A stretch of DNA of 64,000 nt from an uncultured delta proteobacterium. GTDB taxonomy: Bacteria; Desulfobacterota; Desulfomonilia; UBA1062. Within the stretch, counting starts at the first letter, position 1. The number at the start of each line of letters is the position of its first letter. The DNA lies in contig CAWAUM010000012.1 in NCBI GenBank assembly GCA_963785235.1, positions 1-64,000 of the forward strand. The letters run 5' to 3'. The notes beneath the pieces are model-generated. The model did no database searches. It was not told the origin of the DNA and saw nothing but the letters and a program-made list of their open reading frames with translations. Below are positions 21,481-31,192 of the stretch, in pieces. Position numbers and translations under genes: made by a program.

Positions 21481-22467
21481 ATGCCTGCGAATCTACCCCC
21501 TACATATCTTGAGGCCGAAAGGCGTTACAAGGAGGCCAGGACCACCGAAGAAAAGATCGAGGCCCTTGAGGAGATGCTTGCCATCATCCCCAAGCACAAG
21601 GGTACGGACAAGATGCAGGCCGACATCAAGCACCGTATCTCCAAGCACAAGGAAGAGGTCCACAAGAAGGCCGGGGCGGCCAAGCAGAAAAGCGTGTTCG
21701 CCATCGACAAGGAGGGCGCTGCCCAGGTGATCGTTATCGGGCCGCCCAACTCGGGCAAATCCTCGCTGATCGCTTCCCTGACCAATGCCGAACCTGAAAT
21801 AGCCGCCTTCCCCCACACAACCCACAAGCCCACACCCGGCATGGCCCCTTTTGAAAACATCCAGTTCCAGCTCATCGACACGCCTCCCGTTACCCCCGAG
21901 TATGTGGACCCGTTGATGATGGACCTGGTGAGGAGGGCCGACATTGTGGTTATCCTGCTTGATATCGCTGCCGACCTCATTGATCAGTATGAGCAGATCA
22001 TTGAAATACTCGCATCGCACAGGATTTTCCCCGAGGGATTTGATATACCCGAAGGCGCCAGGAGGCCCATATTCCCCAAGAAGGTCATCATCGCAGTGAA
22101 CAAGGTGGATGGGCCAAAGCAGGAAGAAGACTACCAGACCTTCCTGGAGCTGACAGGACTGATACTCCCGGCAATACCCCTGTCAATCCTGAAGGGGAAA
22201 AACCTCGAATCGCTCCTGAAATCCATCTATGGTCTGTCAGGGGTCATCAGGGTGTACTCAAAAAATCCAGGCAAGGACCCTGACCTGAACGAACCCTTTG
22301 TCATCCCCAGGGACAGCACGCTGGAAGATCTCGCAGGAAGGATACACAAAGATTTTCTTGTGAAACTCAAGTACGCCCGCATCTGGGGCAAGTCGGTCCA
22401 CGACGGCATGATGGTCCAGCGCGACCATATCATGCAGGACGGAGATATTGTAGAGATACATCTTTAG
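21481..22467 (+). CDS. DRG/OBG-like GTPase with C-terminal TGS domain
   Basis: MPANLPP, PKHKGT, GPPNSGKS, DTPP, NKVD, and TGS motif DH.MQDGDIVEIH. Confidence 0.9.
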   Translation: MPANLPPTYLEAERRYKEARTTEEKIEALEEMLAIIPKHKGTDKMQADIKHRISKHKEEVHKKAGAAKQKSVFAIDKEGAAQVIVIGPPNSGKSSLIASLTNAEPEIAAFPHTTHKPTPGMAPFENIQFQLIDTPPVTPEYVDPLMMDLVRRADIVVILLDIAADLIDQYEQIIEILASHRIFPEGFDIPEGARRPIFPKKVIIAVNKVDGPKQEEDYQTFLELTGLILPAIPLSILKGKNLESLLKSIYGLSGVIRVYSKNPGKDPDLNEPFVIPRDSTLEDLAGRIHKDFLVKLKYARIWGKSVHDGMMVQRDHIMQDGDIVEIHL

Positions 22468-22524
22468 TCTAAGATTTTGGGTTTGGATGTACCCATAGTG
22501 AAAAGTGGAGTTTTTTTATATAGG

Positions 22525-22610
22525 TCCGTTAAGAACCTCAATCTTGCAGCCTTGAAGGACCGGGTAAATGAACATCCCGCAAAGGCTGCAAGATTGAGGT
22601 TCTTAATGGA
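22525..22610. repeat. Long palindromic intergenic element, copy A
   Basis: ~29-bp arms TCCGTTAAGAACCTCAATCTTGCAGCCTT / AAGGCTGCAAGATTGAGGTTCTTAATGGA. Homologous to 29012-29093. Confidence 0.85.
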
Positions 22611-22774
22611 TCAAGTTTTTACTCATCTTAAACGCCAAGTCTGAGATAAACATTCTTTCTGAATCTCTAAGCAATAATCATTCTCCAGCAGGTACAACAG
22701 ATGCCTGTGCATACTCAAGCATTGACACCCGGGGTAAAGCGGATTATCAGAGGGAAAACCAAGGGGGTCAAGCC

Positions 22775-23218
22775 ATGATATCTATTATGAGAAACCGAAT
22801 TCTTGCAACGTTTGTCACTGTTCATATGGTATTTTTTGTGACTTCACCCGCCTTTGCAGCCCTGATCCCCTCCATGGGTTCCAGCGGCCACACAGCAAGC
22901 GATACGCTCCAGAAAGATATCGACACCATCCAGCAGGCCCTGGAGACAAAGATGGTCCAGGAGAAGCTCAAGGCCTATGGCCTCACTGCCTCAGAGGTTG
23001 CAGCAAAGATCCCCTCCATGACCCCGGACCAGATACACACCCTAGCCACGGCATCCAACGATGTGCTCACAGGGGGGGATGGCCTGGGAGTCATCATCGC
23101 TTTGCTCGTAATCATCCTGCTGGTCATCGTAATCATGAAGCTTTTGAACCATGACATCATCATCAAGTTGAGCGGTCTTGACAACGATACTTCTCCTGAT
23201 TTCGCTTATCTCGGCTGA
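22775..23218 (+). CDS. PA2779-family exported protein
   Basis: Signal peptide, LE.K.V..KL..YGLT..E motif, GG followed by a hydrophobic helix. Confidence 0.75.
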   Translation: MISIMRNRILATFVTVHMVFFVTSPAFAALIPSMGSSGHTASDTLQKDIDTIQQALETKMVQEKLKAYGLTASEVAAKIPSMTPDQIHTLATASNDVLTGGDGLGVIIALLVIILLVIVIMKLLNHDIIIKLSGLDNDTSPDFAYLG

Positions 23219-23666
23219 TCCAGGATCTTTCGAGATCAAAGGCGTTCCGCTCGTGAAGCAGGAATCGCACTTTTGCGGCCCTGCTGCACTTGCATCGGTG
23301 TTTACCTACTATGGCCTTGCCCTGGACCAGGGAGCCATTGCACAATCCGTTTACAATGAAAAGCTGGGCGGCGCGCTCATCACAGACCTGCAGAACTATG
23401 CCCAAGGCAAAGGGCTTCAGACACGGCTCGGCCAGGGCACTTCGGATGGGATAAAGAACTTCCTGAAAGAAAAACGGCCGGTAATAGTTCTCGTGGACCT
23501 TGGTTTCTGGGTCTTCTCCCAGCCCCACTACCTGGTAATCACGGGTTTCAATGACAGCGGTTTTATCGCGCATACGGGATATGAGGCATCCAGACCCTTC
23601 GGCTATGCCGAGTTTGAAAAGATATGGAAGAAAAAGGGTTCCGTTTACCTGCTTGTGTGGCGCTGA
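23178..23666 (+). CDS. C39-family cysteine peptidase (PA2778-like)
   Basis: VPLVKQESHFCGPAALA (catalytic Cys), HYLVITG (His). Confidence 0.85.
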   Translation: MTTILLLISLISADPGSFEIKGVPLVKQESHFCGPAALASVFTYYGLALDQGAIAQSVYNEKLGGALITDLQNYAQGKGLQTRLGQGTSDGIKNFLKEKRPVIVLVDLGFWVFSQPHYLVITGFNDSGFIAHTGYEASRPFGYAEFEKIWKKKGSVYLLVWR

Positions 23667-24097
23667 GTCTGGCTCTGAGTGTCTTAGCGCTGACGGCATG
23701 CTCCACACCCAGGATCATCGTCCTGAACGATCCACTGACGGCCGGGGAGCACGTTGACCTCGGAGCGGCTTATGAACAGAAAGGCTTGCTCGACCAGGCG
23801 AAAAAAGAGTACCTGAAGGCTCTCGATATTCAGGACACCTGGGCAGTGCCCTATTTCAACCTGGGCAATGTCGCCTACAGGCAAAGGGACCTGAAGGCGG
23901 CTGAAGGATATTACCGCAAAGCCCTGAAGTTGGACCCTGAGAACCCTGACATCATGAACAACCTCGCAAGCCTCCTTCATGATACGGGCCGCAACGAAGA
24001 GGCAGAGGTGCTCATCGATAAAGCCCTGGCTACCTCGCATAAGGCGCAATACCTGGACACGAAACAGAAGATTACAGGACCACAGGGGCAGCAATAA
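23624..24097 (+). CDS. TPR-repeat lipoprotein
   Basis: Lipobox LTAC, TPR motifs (LGAAYEQKG, YFNLGNV, MNNLASL). Confidence 0.85.
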   Translation: MEEKGFRLPACVALSLALSVLALTACSTPRIIVLNDPLTAGEHVDLGAAYEQKGLLDQAKKEYLKALDIQDTWAVPYFNLGNVAYRQRDLKAAEGYYRKALKLDPENPDIMNNLASLLHDTGRNEEAEVLIDKALATSHKAQYLDTKQKITGPQGQQ

Positions 24098-24128
24098 TTA
24101 TAAGACAATTACAAAACTCAAAAAAAGG

Positions 24129-24200
24129 TGTCACCCCCCTCGAAAGCGGGGGTCCAGGAGTACCTGAAAAGACTGGATTCCCGCTTTCGCGGGAATGACA
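24129..24200. repeat. REP-like doublet (GTCATTCCCGCGAAAGCGGGAATCCAG type)
   Basis: TGTCACCCCCCTCGAAAGCGGGGGTCCAG ... CTGGATTCCCGCTTTCGCGGGAATGACA in inverted orientation, inside looser outer arms at about 24101-24227. Confidence 0.8.
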
Positions 24201-24249
24201 ATCTCAGACTTTTGCAAGTGGCTCTTATGGGAAGAATACGAGAACTATT

Positions 24250-25035
24250 ATGATCGGCGCTATTGCAGGGGACATCATCGGATCGGTCTATGAGTGGCAC
24301 CCGATCAAGAGCAAGGAATTCCCCCTATTCACTCAGGGCTGCAGATTCACGGATGACAGCGTCCTGACCATTGCACTCGCTGATGCAATTATGAGCTCCC
24401 GGAGCTATGAACGGCTCATGCGGGAATATTACCACCGCTACCCTCATGCCGGCTATGGGGGTATGTTCCGTAAGTGGGCGCAAGATCCGGATAGCACACC
24501 ATACAACAGCTTCGGCAATGGTTCAGCCATGAGGATCAGCGCCGTGGGGTTCGCCTTTGACACACTGGAGGCTGTCCTGGACAAGGCCAGGCTCTATACC
24601 GAGATCACCCACAACCACCCCGAGGGCATCAAGGGGGCACAAGCTACGGCTGCTGCAATTTTCATGGCCAGGACAGGCGGCTCCAAGGACGATATCAGAC
24701 GCTTTATCGAAGATACCTGTCACTACGACCTTTCACGCACCCTTGACGAGATAAGGCCGGGCTACGGTTTCGATGTGACCTGCCAGGGGAGCGTGCCCGA
24801 GGCCATCATCGCCTTCCTGGAATCGACAAGCTACGAGGACGCCATCCGTGGCGCCATATCTCTTGGCGGCGACAGCGATACCCAGGCGTGCATTACGGGC
24901 GGAATTGCGCAGGCCTTCTATGGCGGCGTACCCAAAGGCATCGCCGATGCGGCCTTTGCTGTCCTGGATGATCACCTGAGGTCCGTCACCGTAGCGTTTA
25001 TGCAGCGCCACTGCGGTAAAAGTGAACTCTTTTAG
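24250..25035 (+). CDS. ADP-ribosylglycohydrolase family protein
   Basis: GAIAGDIIGS, FTDDS, GNGSAMR, ITHNHPEG, GGDSDT. Confidence 0.93.
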   Translation: MIGAIAGDIIGSVYEWHPIKSKEFPLFTQGCRFTDDSVLTIALADAIMSSRSYERLMREYYHRYPHAGYGGMFRKWAQDPDSTPYNSFGNGSAMRISAVGFAFDTLEAVLDKARLYTEITHNHPEGIKGAQATAAAIFMARTGGSKDDIRRFIEDTCHYDLSRTLDEIRPGYGFDVTCQGSVPEAIIAFLESTSYEDAIRGAISLGGDSDTQACITGGIAQAFYGGVPKGIADAAFAVLDDHLRSVTVAFMQRHCGKSELF

Positions 25036-25150
25036 GGACATAAAAGAGTATCAATAGGGAAACATCTTTGATAAAATATCTCACAGTTCACAGAGCACAT
25101 CATTGTCATAGGCATCTGCCGCACATATACTGAAAAAAGGAGGAAATGAA

Positions 25151-25546
25151 ATGGGTGTGATACAGGAGTTCAAGACCTTTGCAGTCAAAGGGAACATGAT
25201 TGACATGGCAGTGGGCATCATCATCGGGGCCGCGTTCGGCAAGATTATCTCGTCACTTGTGGGCGACGTGATCATGCCGCCTATCGGCATCCTCCTGGGC
25301 GGCGTCGATTTCAGCAACCTGACGGTCGTGCTGAAGGAGGCCGTAGAAAAGGCCCCGGCAGTCACCCTGAATTACGGCAAGTTCATCCAGACCATAATCG
25401 ACTTCCTCATCATCGCTTTTTGCATCTTCGTCATGGTCAAGGGGATCAACACCCTTAAGCGTGAAGAAAAGGAACACCCGGCAGAGCCGCCCAAAGAGGA
25501 AGTTCTGCTCACTGAGATCAGGGACCTGCTGAAATCGAAGAAATGA
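25151..25546 (+). CDS. mscL: Large-conductance mechanosensitive channel
   Basis: [32 protein letters not shown]. Confidence 0.97.
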   Translation: MGVIQEFKTFAVKGNMIDMAVGIIIGAAFGKIISSLVGDVIMPPIGILLGGVDFSNLTVVLKEAVEKAPAVTLNYGKFIQTIIDFLIIAFCIFVMVKGINTLKREEKEHPAEPPKEEVLLTEIRDLLKSKK

Positions 25547-25621
25547 CGCTGGTGATTTTCAAGGTATCAGGGAACTGTGCACCCTTATAGGGCCTGATCA
25601 TTACCCTTTTAAGAGGTTATC

Positions 25622-26074
25622 ATGGATTTGACTGTTGCTTACTGGCACTGGCTCATCTTCGGCATGGCCTTCCTCATAGCCGAGATGTTTCTGGGCAGCA
25701 TGACCATCTTCTGGTTCGGGCTTGGAGCCGTTATCATAGCGGCCCTGCTCTTCTTCGTGCCGGGCCTCGGTCTCACCTGGCAGCTCTTCATCTGGGCTGT
25801 CTTATCCGGAGCGCTTACGTTTCTCTGGTTCAAATACTTCAAACCGCACATGGCTGACCGGACCAATGCAGGCATTCCCCGGGAGGCGGTGCTTGGGGAG
25901 ATGGGCATTGTCATCCGGGCACCCGAAGAAGGAAGGCGGGGCATGGTGAGGTTTTCCATACCCCTGATGGGATCCGACGAGTGGCCTTTCATCTGCGGGC
26001 AGGAGGTGAAAACCGGAGACCGGGTCATGGTAAAAGAGATATCAGGCAATACGCTTATCATTGAAAAGCGCTGA
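25622..26074 (+). CDS. NfeD-family membrane protein
   Basis: WHWLI.G...LIAE TM region and C-terminal OB fold. Paired with SPFH gene. Confidence 0.9.
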   Translation: MDLTVAYWHWLIFGMAFLIAEMFLGSMTIFWFGLGAVIIAALLFFVPGLGLTWQLFIWAVLSGALTFLWFKYFKPHMADRTNAGIPREAVLGEMGIVIRAPEEGRRGMVRFSIPLMGSDEWPFICGQEVKTGDRVMVKEISGNTLIIEKR

Positions 26075-26104
26075 ATCCGGCGCTCTAACCGTAAGGAGGA
26101 ACAC

Positions 26105-26953
26105 ATGGAAGGACTGTCCTTTATGGTTGTGGTCTTTGTCGTACTGGTCTTCATCACCATTTTCCTGGGTGTGAGGATTGTCCCGCAGGGCAGCAAGCAC
26201 GTGGTCCAGCGTCTCGGCAAATTCCACACGACACTCGGGCCGGGTTTGAACTTCATCATCCCCTACATCGACACCGTGGCCTATAAGATCACCTCCAAGG
26301 ACATCGTACTGGATATCCCCTCCCAGGAGGTCATCACCAAGGACAATGCCGTCATCGTGGTCAATGCCGTGGCCTACATCAATGTCCTGTCCCCCGAAAA
26401 GGCGGTATACGGCGTTGAGGACTACCGCCTTGCCATCCAGAACCTGGTCCAGACATCGTTGCGCTCCATCATCGGCGAGATGAACCTCGATGACGCCCTG
26501 TCTTCGCGCGAAAAGATCAAGGCCCGGCTGAAGGAGAACATATCGGACGACATCGCAGACTGGGGCATCATGCTCAAGACCGTTGAAATCCAGGACATCA
26601 GCCCTTCTGAAACCATGCAGAAGGCCATGGAGGAACAGGCTGCCGCAGAACGGGCACGCAGGGCCACAGTCACCCGGGCAGAAGGAGAGAAATCAGCAGC
26701 CATCCTCCAGGCCGAAGGAAGGCTCGAGGCGAGCAAACTTGACGCCAGGTCCAAGGTGGTCATGGCAGAGGGCGACCAGCTCGCCATCACCAAGATCACC
26801 GATGCAGTACAGAACAACGAGCTTCCTGTTATGTTCATCCTGGGCGGGCGGTACATCGAGGCCCTGAAAAACGTTTCCACATCCGGCAATTCCAAGATCG
26901 TGATGCTTCCCGCCGACCTCCCGGCAGCCATCAAGGGGATGCTGGGCAAATGA
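26105..26953 (+). CDS. SPFH/stomatin (band 7) protein
   Basis: VVQRLGKF, PGLNFIIP, QEVITKDN, TSLRSIIG, AER.RRA. Confidence 0.93.
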   Translation: MEGLSFMVVVFVVLVFITIFLGVRIVPQGSKHVVQRLGKFHTTLGPGLNFIIPYIDTVAYKITSKDIVLDIPSQEVITKDNAVIVVNAVAYINVLSPEKAVYGVEDYRLAIQNLVQTSLRSIIGEMNLDDALSSREKIKARLKENISDDIADWGIMLKTVEIQDISPSETMQKAMEEQAAAERARRATVTRAEGEKSAAILQAEGRLEASKLDARSKVVMAEGDQLAITKITDAVQNNELPVMFILGGRYIEALKNVSTSGNSKIVMLPADLPAAIKGMLGK

Positions 26954-26973
26954 TGCCGGGCCGGGGATAGAAC

Positions 26974-28041
26974 ATGGCTGATGAGGCATACAACGCCTTG
27001 AGAGAATTTCTGGACCAGTTCCCCCTGGGACTTCCCAGGACCGAATCGGAACTTGAGATGGAAATACTCAAACGGCTCTTCACCGAGGATGAGGCCGAAA
27101 CTGTGACCCTGCTCACCCCCTTTGCCGAGGAGGCTTCACAGATCGCGTTGCGCATGCACCTGGATGAGGCGGTATTGAAAGACAAGCTGGAGGCCCTGGC
27201 CGACAAGGGCCTCATCTTCCGCATAAGGCGTGGCAGCAAGACCCTCTTCAATGCCGTCCCCTTCATGATCGGACTGTATGAATATTCGGTGCAGATGATG
27301 GACCCCGGGCTTGCAATGCTCTACGGGGATTATTACGAACAGGCCTACCAGAAAGAGATGGCTGCAAGCAACGTTCCCGGATTCAAGGTTATACCCATTG
27401 AACATACCATCAAGGAAGAAATGGCACTTATCCCGTCTTGCATGCTTGTAGATCAGGTGAAAGAGGCCAGGGTCATATCAGTGGCACCGTGCATATGCCG
27501 GAAAGAGGCAAGACTGAGAGGCAGCTGCTGTGACAGGCTTGAGGAGACCTGTCTCCACTTCGGTGCGGCAGCAGAATACTACATTGAAAACCACCTGGGC
27601 AGGCAGATCAACGCCGAAGAGGCCCTTGCCATCATCAGGGAGGCGGACCGTGCAGGGCTTGTCCATGCAGGCGTGAACACCCGGCACCTGTCGAACCTGT
27701 GCAACTGCTGTCCGTGCTGCTGCGCCTCCATGAAGGGGATCACGGAAAAGGGCATGGACAAGCACGGTTTTCTCAATGCCCTGTTTGTGGCAGCCGTTGA
27801 TCCGGATTCATGCACCGGGTGCGGCATCTGCACGGATCGCTGCCCTGTGCACGCCATTTCGGCCCATGAGGTGGCCGGTGTAGATTACCGGAAATGCCTG
27901 GGCTGCGGACTTTGCTCAACAGCCTGCCCTGTTGAGGCAATCACCATGCACGTGAGGGAAGACCGCGAAGAGCCCTTTGATACGGTCATTGACATGGGTC
28001 TTGCCATATTGAAGGGAAAGCTGATGGTCAGGAACATATGA
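26974..28041 (+). CDS. 4Fe-4S dicluster domain protein
   Basis: CICR, CNCCPCCC, CTGCGIC..RCP and CLGCGLC..ACP. Confidence 0.88.
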   Translation: MADEAYNALREFLDQFPLGLPRTESELEMEILKRLFTEDEAETVTLLTPFAEEASQIALRMHLDEAVLKDKLEALADKGLIFRIRRGSKTLFNAVPFMIGLYEYSVQMMDPGLAMLYGDYYEQAYQKEMAASNVPGFKVIPIEHTIKEEMALIPSCMLVDQVKEARVISVAPCICRKEARLRGSCCDRLEETCLHFGAAAEYYIENHLGRQINAEEALAIIREADRAGLVHAGVNTRHLSNLCNCCPCCCASMKGITEKGMDKHGFLNALFVAAVDPDSCTGCGICTDRCPVHAISAHEVAGVDYRKCLGCGLCSTACPVEAITMHVREDREEPFDTVIDMGLAILKGKLMVRNI

Positions 28042-28583
28042 GCCAGAGCAAGAAGACACCTTCAAGGAAACCCGGTATCCGGCCAGACAGACTCAAGCCC
28101 TTTACGCTCCGGGCATGTGAGCTGGGCGCAAACGAGGCCAGGATCATCGACGCAGCCACCGTGCTGACCGCACCATGGGTGCCCTTGAAATGCCGCTTCG
28201 GGTGCGAGCTCTATGGACTTGGATACTGCTGCCCCCCGCAAACACCCACGCCTTTAGAAATGCGTGATGTAATCGCATGCTATGAGCATGCCCTGCTCTA
28301 TCACTGCACAAAGCTCGGAGGCACGAGCCGCATAGCCTACGAGCTGGAGCGCGAGATATTCCTGTCGGGTTATTACAAGGCCATCGGCCTTGGATCAGGG
28401 CCTTGCAGGATCTGCAGGAAGTGCTCTCCCAAGGGATGCTTGCACCCTGATCGGGCCAGGCCGTCCATGGAGGCCTGCGGAATAGATGTATACACCACGG
28501 TGCGGGCAAATGGATTCCCTATCGAGGTGCTCAAGGATGAAAGCTGCCAGGGGAATTACTACGGATTGGTCCTGATAGACTGA
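28038..28583 (+). CDS. DUF2284 metal-binding protein
   Basis: KCRFGC..YG...CCPP, GPC..C..C, RPSMEACGIDV. Confidence 0.88.
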   Translation: MSQSKKTPSRKPGIRPDRLKPFTLRACELGANEARIIDAATVLTAPWVPLKCRFGCELYGLGYCCPPQTPTPLEMRDVIACYEHALLYHCTKLGGTSRIAYELEREIFLSGYYKAIGLGSGPCRICRKCSPKGCLHPDRARPSMEACGIDVYTTVRANGFPIEVLKDESCQGNYYGLVLID

Positions 28584-28713
28584 GAATGGTACATGAAAAG
28601 GGATGCCAGGAAACCCTTGATTTTAAGCGACTGAGTTCATATGATAAAACAAAGAGGGCTTAGTGAAAAAGACAAAAACAATACCTAATAATACCTTTGG
28701 GAGGTGAAATTCA

Positions 28714-28893
28714 ATGGCAGAAAAGAAAAAGGCTATCACTCCATCAAACCTGGCAAAAGAATGGGGCGTCGGTATGAAGGCGGTTAAGGATGCCATCATC
28801 AAGGCGGGCATCGAACCGAATTCAACCCGCGGGGCATGCAAGTACTACACAGAGGCGGACGCAAAAAAGATAAAGACCTTTTTAAAGAAATAG
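28714..28893 (+). CDS. 59-aa basic HTH-like protein (absent from ORF track)
   Basis: RBS GGAGGTG. MAEKKKAITPSNLAKEWGVGMKAVKDAIIKAGIEPNSTRGACKYYTEADAKKIKTFLKK*, followed by a hairpin. Confidence 0.8.
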   Translation: MAEKKKAITPSNLAKEWGVGMKAVKDAIIKAGIEPNSTRGACKYYTEADAKKIKTFLKK

Positions 28894-28905
28894 CAGGCAA
28901 TAGCC

Positions 28906-28963
28906 AGGTTCAGGCCTTGACCTCCGACAATCCAATACCTTTGATGGTCAGGGCCTGAAACCT
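28906..28963 (+). terminator. Hairpin downstream of the small HTH gene
   Basis: AGGTTCAGGCCTTGACC ... GGTCAGGGCCTGAAACCT followed by TCTTT. Confidence 0.5.
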
Positions 28964-29011
28964 TCTTTAAGATCAATTCTCGATAGTTCTTTAAGATGCA
29001 TAAATTTTTTC

Positions 29012-29093
29012 CCGTTAAAATCTTCATCTTGCAGCCTCCCGAACCGAGAAGGTGAACATTCCATAAAGGCTGCAAGATGAAGAATTTTAACGG
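29012..29093. repeat. Long palindromic intergenic element, copy B
   Basis: CCGTTAAAATCTTCATCTTGCAGCCT ... AGGCTGCAAGATGAAGAATTTTAACGG. Loop shares TGAACAT with copy A. Confidence 0.85.
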
Positions 29094-29123
29094 ACCTATT
29101 TCAAAAACCAATTCAACGTTTGC

Positions 29124-29561
29124 ATGAGAGGAGACAATCGGATGATGACCGTGAGCCCCACCCGTGAAAGCATTGCCCGGCTGAGAGATACCTTTCCCAA
29201 GGACACCCCTGTGGTTATGGTCAACCTTTTGAGATTCCGTGACATGGCCTCATATCCCAAGGGGTCTTCCTTTGGAGAATGCTCGGGCAGACACGCCTAT
29301 AAACGGTACATGGAGACAGCCATGGAAAAGCTCAGTGAGGTAGGTGCCCGGCCCATCTGGATGTCCAAGGCCTTTACCTGCGTGATAGCTCCGCAAGACG
29401 AGCAATGGGACCAGGTTTTTCTGGTAAAATACCCCTCGGTGGACGCCTTCATGTCCATGCTCAAGATGCCGGAGTACCTTGCCGCAACTGTCCACCGCGA
29501 GGCAGCATTGCTAGACTCCCGGCTTATTGCTACCATAGAAATTATCTCCGAACAGGGTTGA
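29124..29561 (+). CDS. DUF1330 domain protein
   Basis: PVVMVNLLRFR..A.Y, WD.VFLV.YPS..AF, HREAAL.DSRL. Confidence 0.85.
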   Translation: MRGDNRMMTVSPTRESIARLRDTFPKDTPVVMVNLLRFRDMASYPKGSSFGECSGRHAYKRYMETAMEKLSEVGARPIWMSKAFTCVIAPQDEQWDQVFLVKYPSVDAFMSMLKMPEYLAATVHREAALLDSRLIATIEIISEQG

Positions 29562-29619
29562 CGGAAACCTTTGCTCATGAAAAAGGTTGCTTACCACGAA
29601 AAAAATAACTCTTTTACTG

Positions 29620-31011
29620 TCATGAGAATTTCTGCTGGAACCGTGCATACCGGATCAGGTGCGACACGGCCTTGAACCCGTCCTCCACATGGTCGATGAA
29701 GTATGCCTCATGGTCGCGGTAATAGTGCCTGGCATAATCGCTCACCTCACGGAAGGTGATGGGGATTACAGGTTTGCCTGCTGTATGGAGCATGGGCAGG
29801 AAGGACTGGTTGAACCCGTCGGCCCAGGTGTCCAGCTGGCTGCTGGGGGGGAAAGACACCGGGATGAGGATGTCGATATTCTCGTCTTCAAGCAATATCT
29901 TCACGACCTTGTCCATGCCGCTTGCAAAGCCGGACCCTGTTACGTCAAGGGGGTTGGCGGGCTGGGCGAAATCAGGCAGCAATGCTTTCAGCGCCTCAAC
30001 GGTTTTGGGCGAGAGATCCGGCAGGTCGATCGCCAACCGCTCACACAGGTCTGCATAGAGCCCTGCGAGCCCTCCGGAAAAGGTCGATATCCCCAGGCGT
30101 GGGCCTTTGGGCAAAGGACAGCGCGAGAAGATGCCTGCCGTCTCCACAAGCTCCTCGATGGTATCCACCCGGATAATTCCATACTGTTTGAAGAAGCCTT
30201 CCATGACGCCCGCGTCGCCTGCCAGTGCTCCAGTGTGCGAGAGTGCAGCCTGAATACCCTTCTCGGAACGGCCTACCTTGATAAGGATGATGGGGATCCC
30301 CTTTCCGGCAGCATCCAGGGCCAATCGCCTCATCCTGGGTAAATCCCTGAAGCCTTCCATGAAGCCGATGACAACCCTGGTCGTTCCGCTTTCAATCATG
30401 TACTCCAGGCAATCCTCGCTCGTAAGGAGGGCCTCGTTGCCCGTGGTGACATAGAGCGAAATTCCGAGCCCCTTTTTGAATATTTTCGTTGCGATGATCT
30501 CACTGGTTGCGCCGCTCTGCCCCAGCATACCGATGGCTCCGGGCATGAATTCGCCTTCCACCGATCCCCCGGAAAAGATGCTTGTCTTGGTTTCCATATT
30601 CATGAAGCCCAGGCAGTTGGGACCCATGAGGATGATATCCTTCTGGCGGCATAGGTCCTTGAGCTCCTCCTGCAGGCGCTCACCTTCGGGCCCTGCCTCT
30701 GCGAAACCCGATGAGATGAGGAGAATGTTTCTGATGCCGTTGTTTGCAAGCTCATCGAGCGTGGCAAGCACCATGGAGCTCTTGACAATGACTGCGGCAA
30801 AATCGATGGCGCCACGGGGGAGTTCTGCAATGGAGCGTACGGCCGGTATTCCGCATACCTCTCTTGCCCCGGGGTTTACCGGGAAAAACCGCCCTTCATA
30901 ACCTGCCCGCCTGGCATTGCCTGCCATGTTGAAGAACCAGTGATTCTTGGTGGACGCACCTATCACTGCTATATTTTCTGGTGAAAAAAATCTTTTTAGC
31001 CGCTCATTCAT
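29620..31011 (-). CDS. Acetate/acyl-CoA ligase (ADP-forming) alpha-subunit-like CoA-binding protein
   Basis: IAVIGAS, SGFAE, GPNCLG, QSG, GNEA, SHTGALAG (phospho-His), NPLD. Confidence 0.9.
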   Translation of the reverse strand: MNERLKRFFSPENIAVIGASTKNHWFFNMAGNARRAGYEGRFFPVNPGAREVCGIPAVRSIAELPRGAIDFAAVIVKSSMVLATLDELANNGIRNILLISSGFAEAGPEGERLQEELKDLCRQKDIILMGPNCLGFMNMETKTSIFSGGSVEGEFMPGAIGMLGQSGATSEIIATKIFKKGLGISLYVTTGNEALLTSEDCLEYMIESGTTRVVIGFMEGFRDLPRMRRLALDAAGKGIPIILIKVGRSEKGIQAALSHTGALAGDAGVMEGFFKQYGIIRVDTIEELVETAGIFSRCPLPKGPRLGISTFSGGLAGLYADLCERLAIDLPDLSPKTVEALKALLPDFAQPANPLDVTGSGFASGMDKVVKILLEDENIDILIPVSFPPSSQLDTWADGFNQSFLPMLHTAGKPVIPITFREVSDYARHYYRDHEAYFIDHVEDGFKAVSHLIRYARFQQKFS

Positions 31012-31192
31012 AGTGTGCCTCGTATTTGCCTTTCCGCCAGGGCTGCTCTCCATTTGAAGACCATTTCGGGGTCCTGGTTGTCAAATATATTCTGGGCTGG
31101 AACCCGGATTTTGCAATTGCGATGTATCCATAACTGCTTCATGCACCTCAAGTGGCATTATATAAGGCTCATAGTGACCAAGGGATCCGGGT

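Noticed and set aside
24250-25035. ADP-ribosylglycohydrolase as DraG (with amtB-glnK) or as immunity to the ART toxin
   Set aside because: No draT or nif genes in the window, it is 37 kb from the toxin, and it looks like a generic family member.
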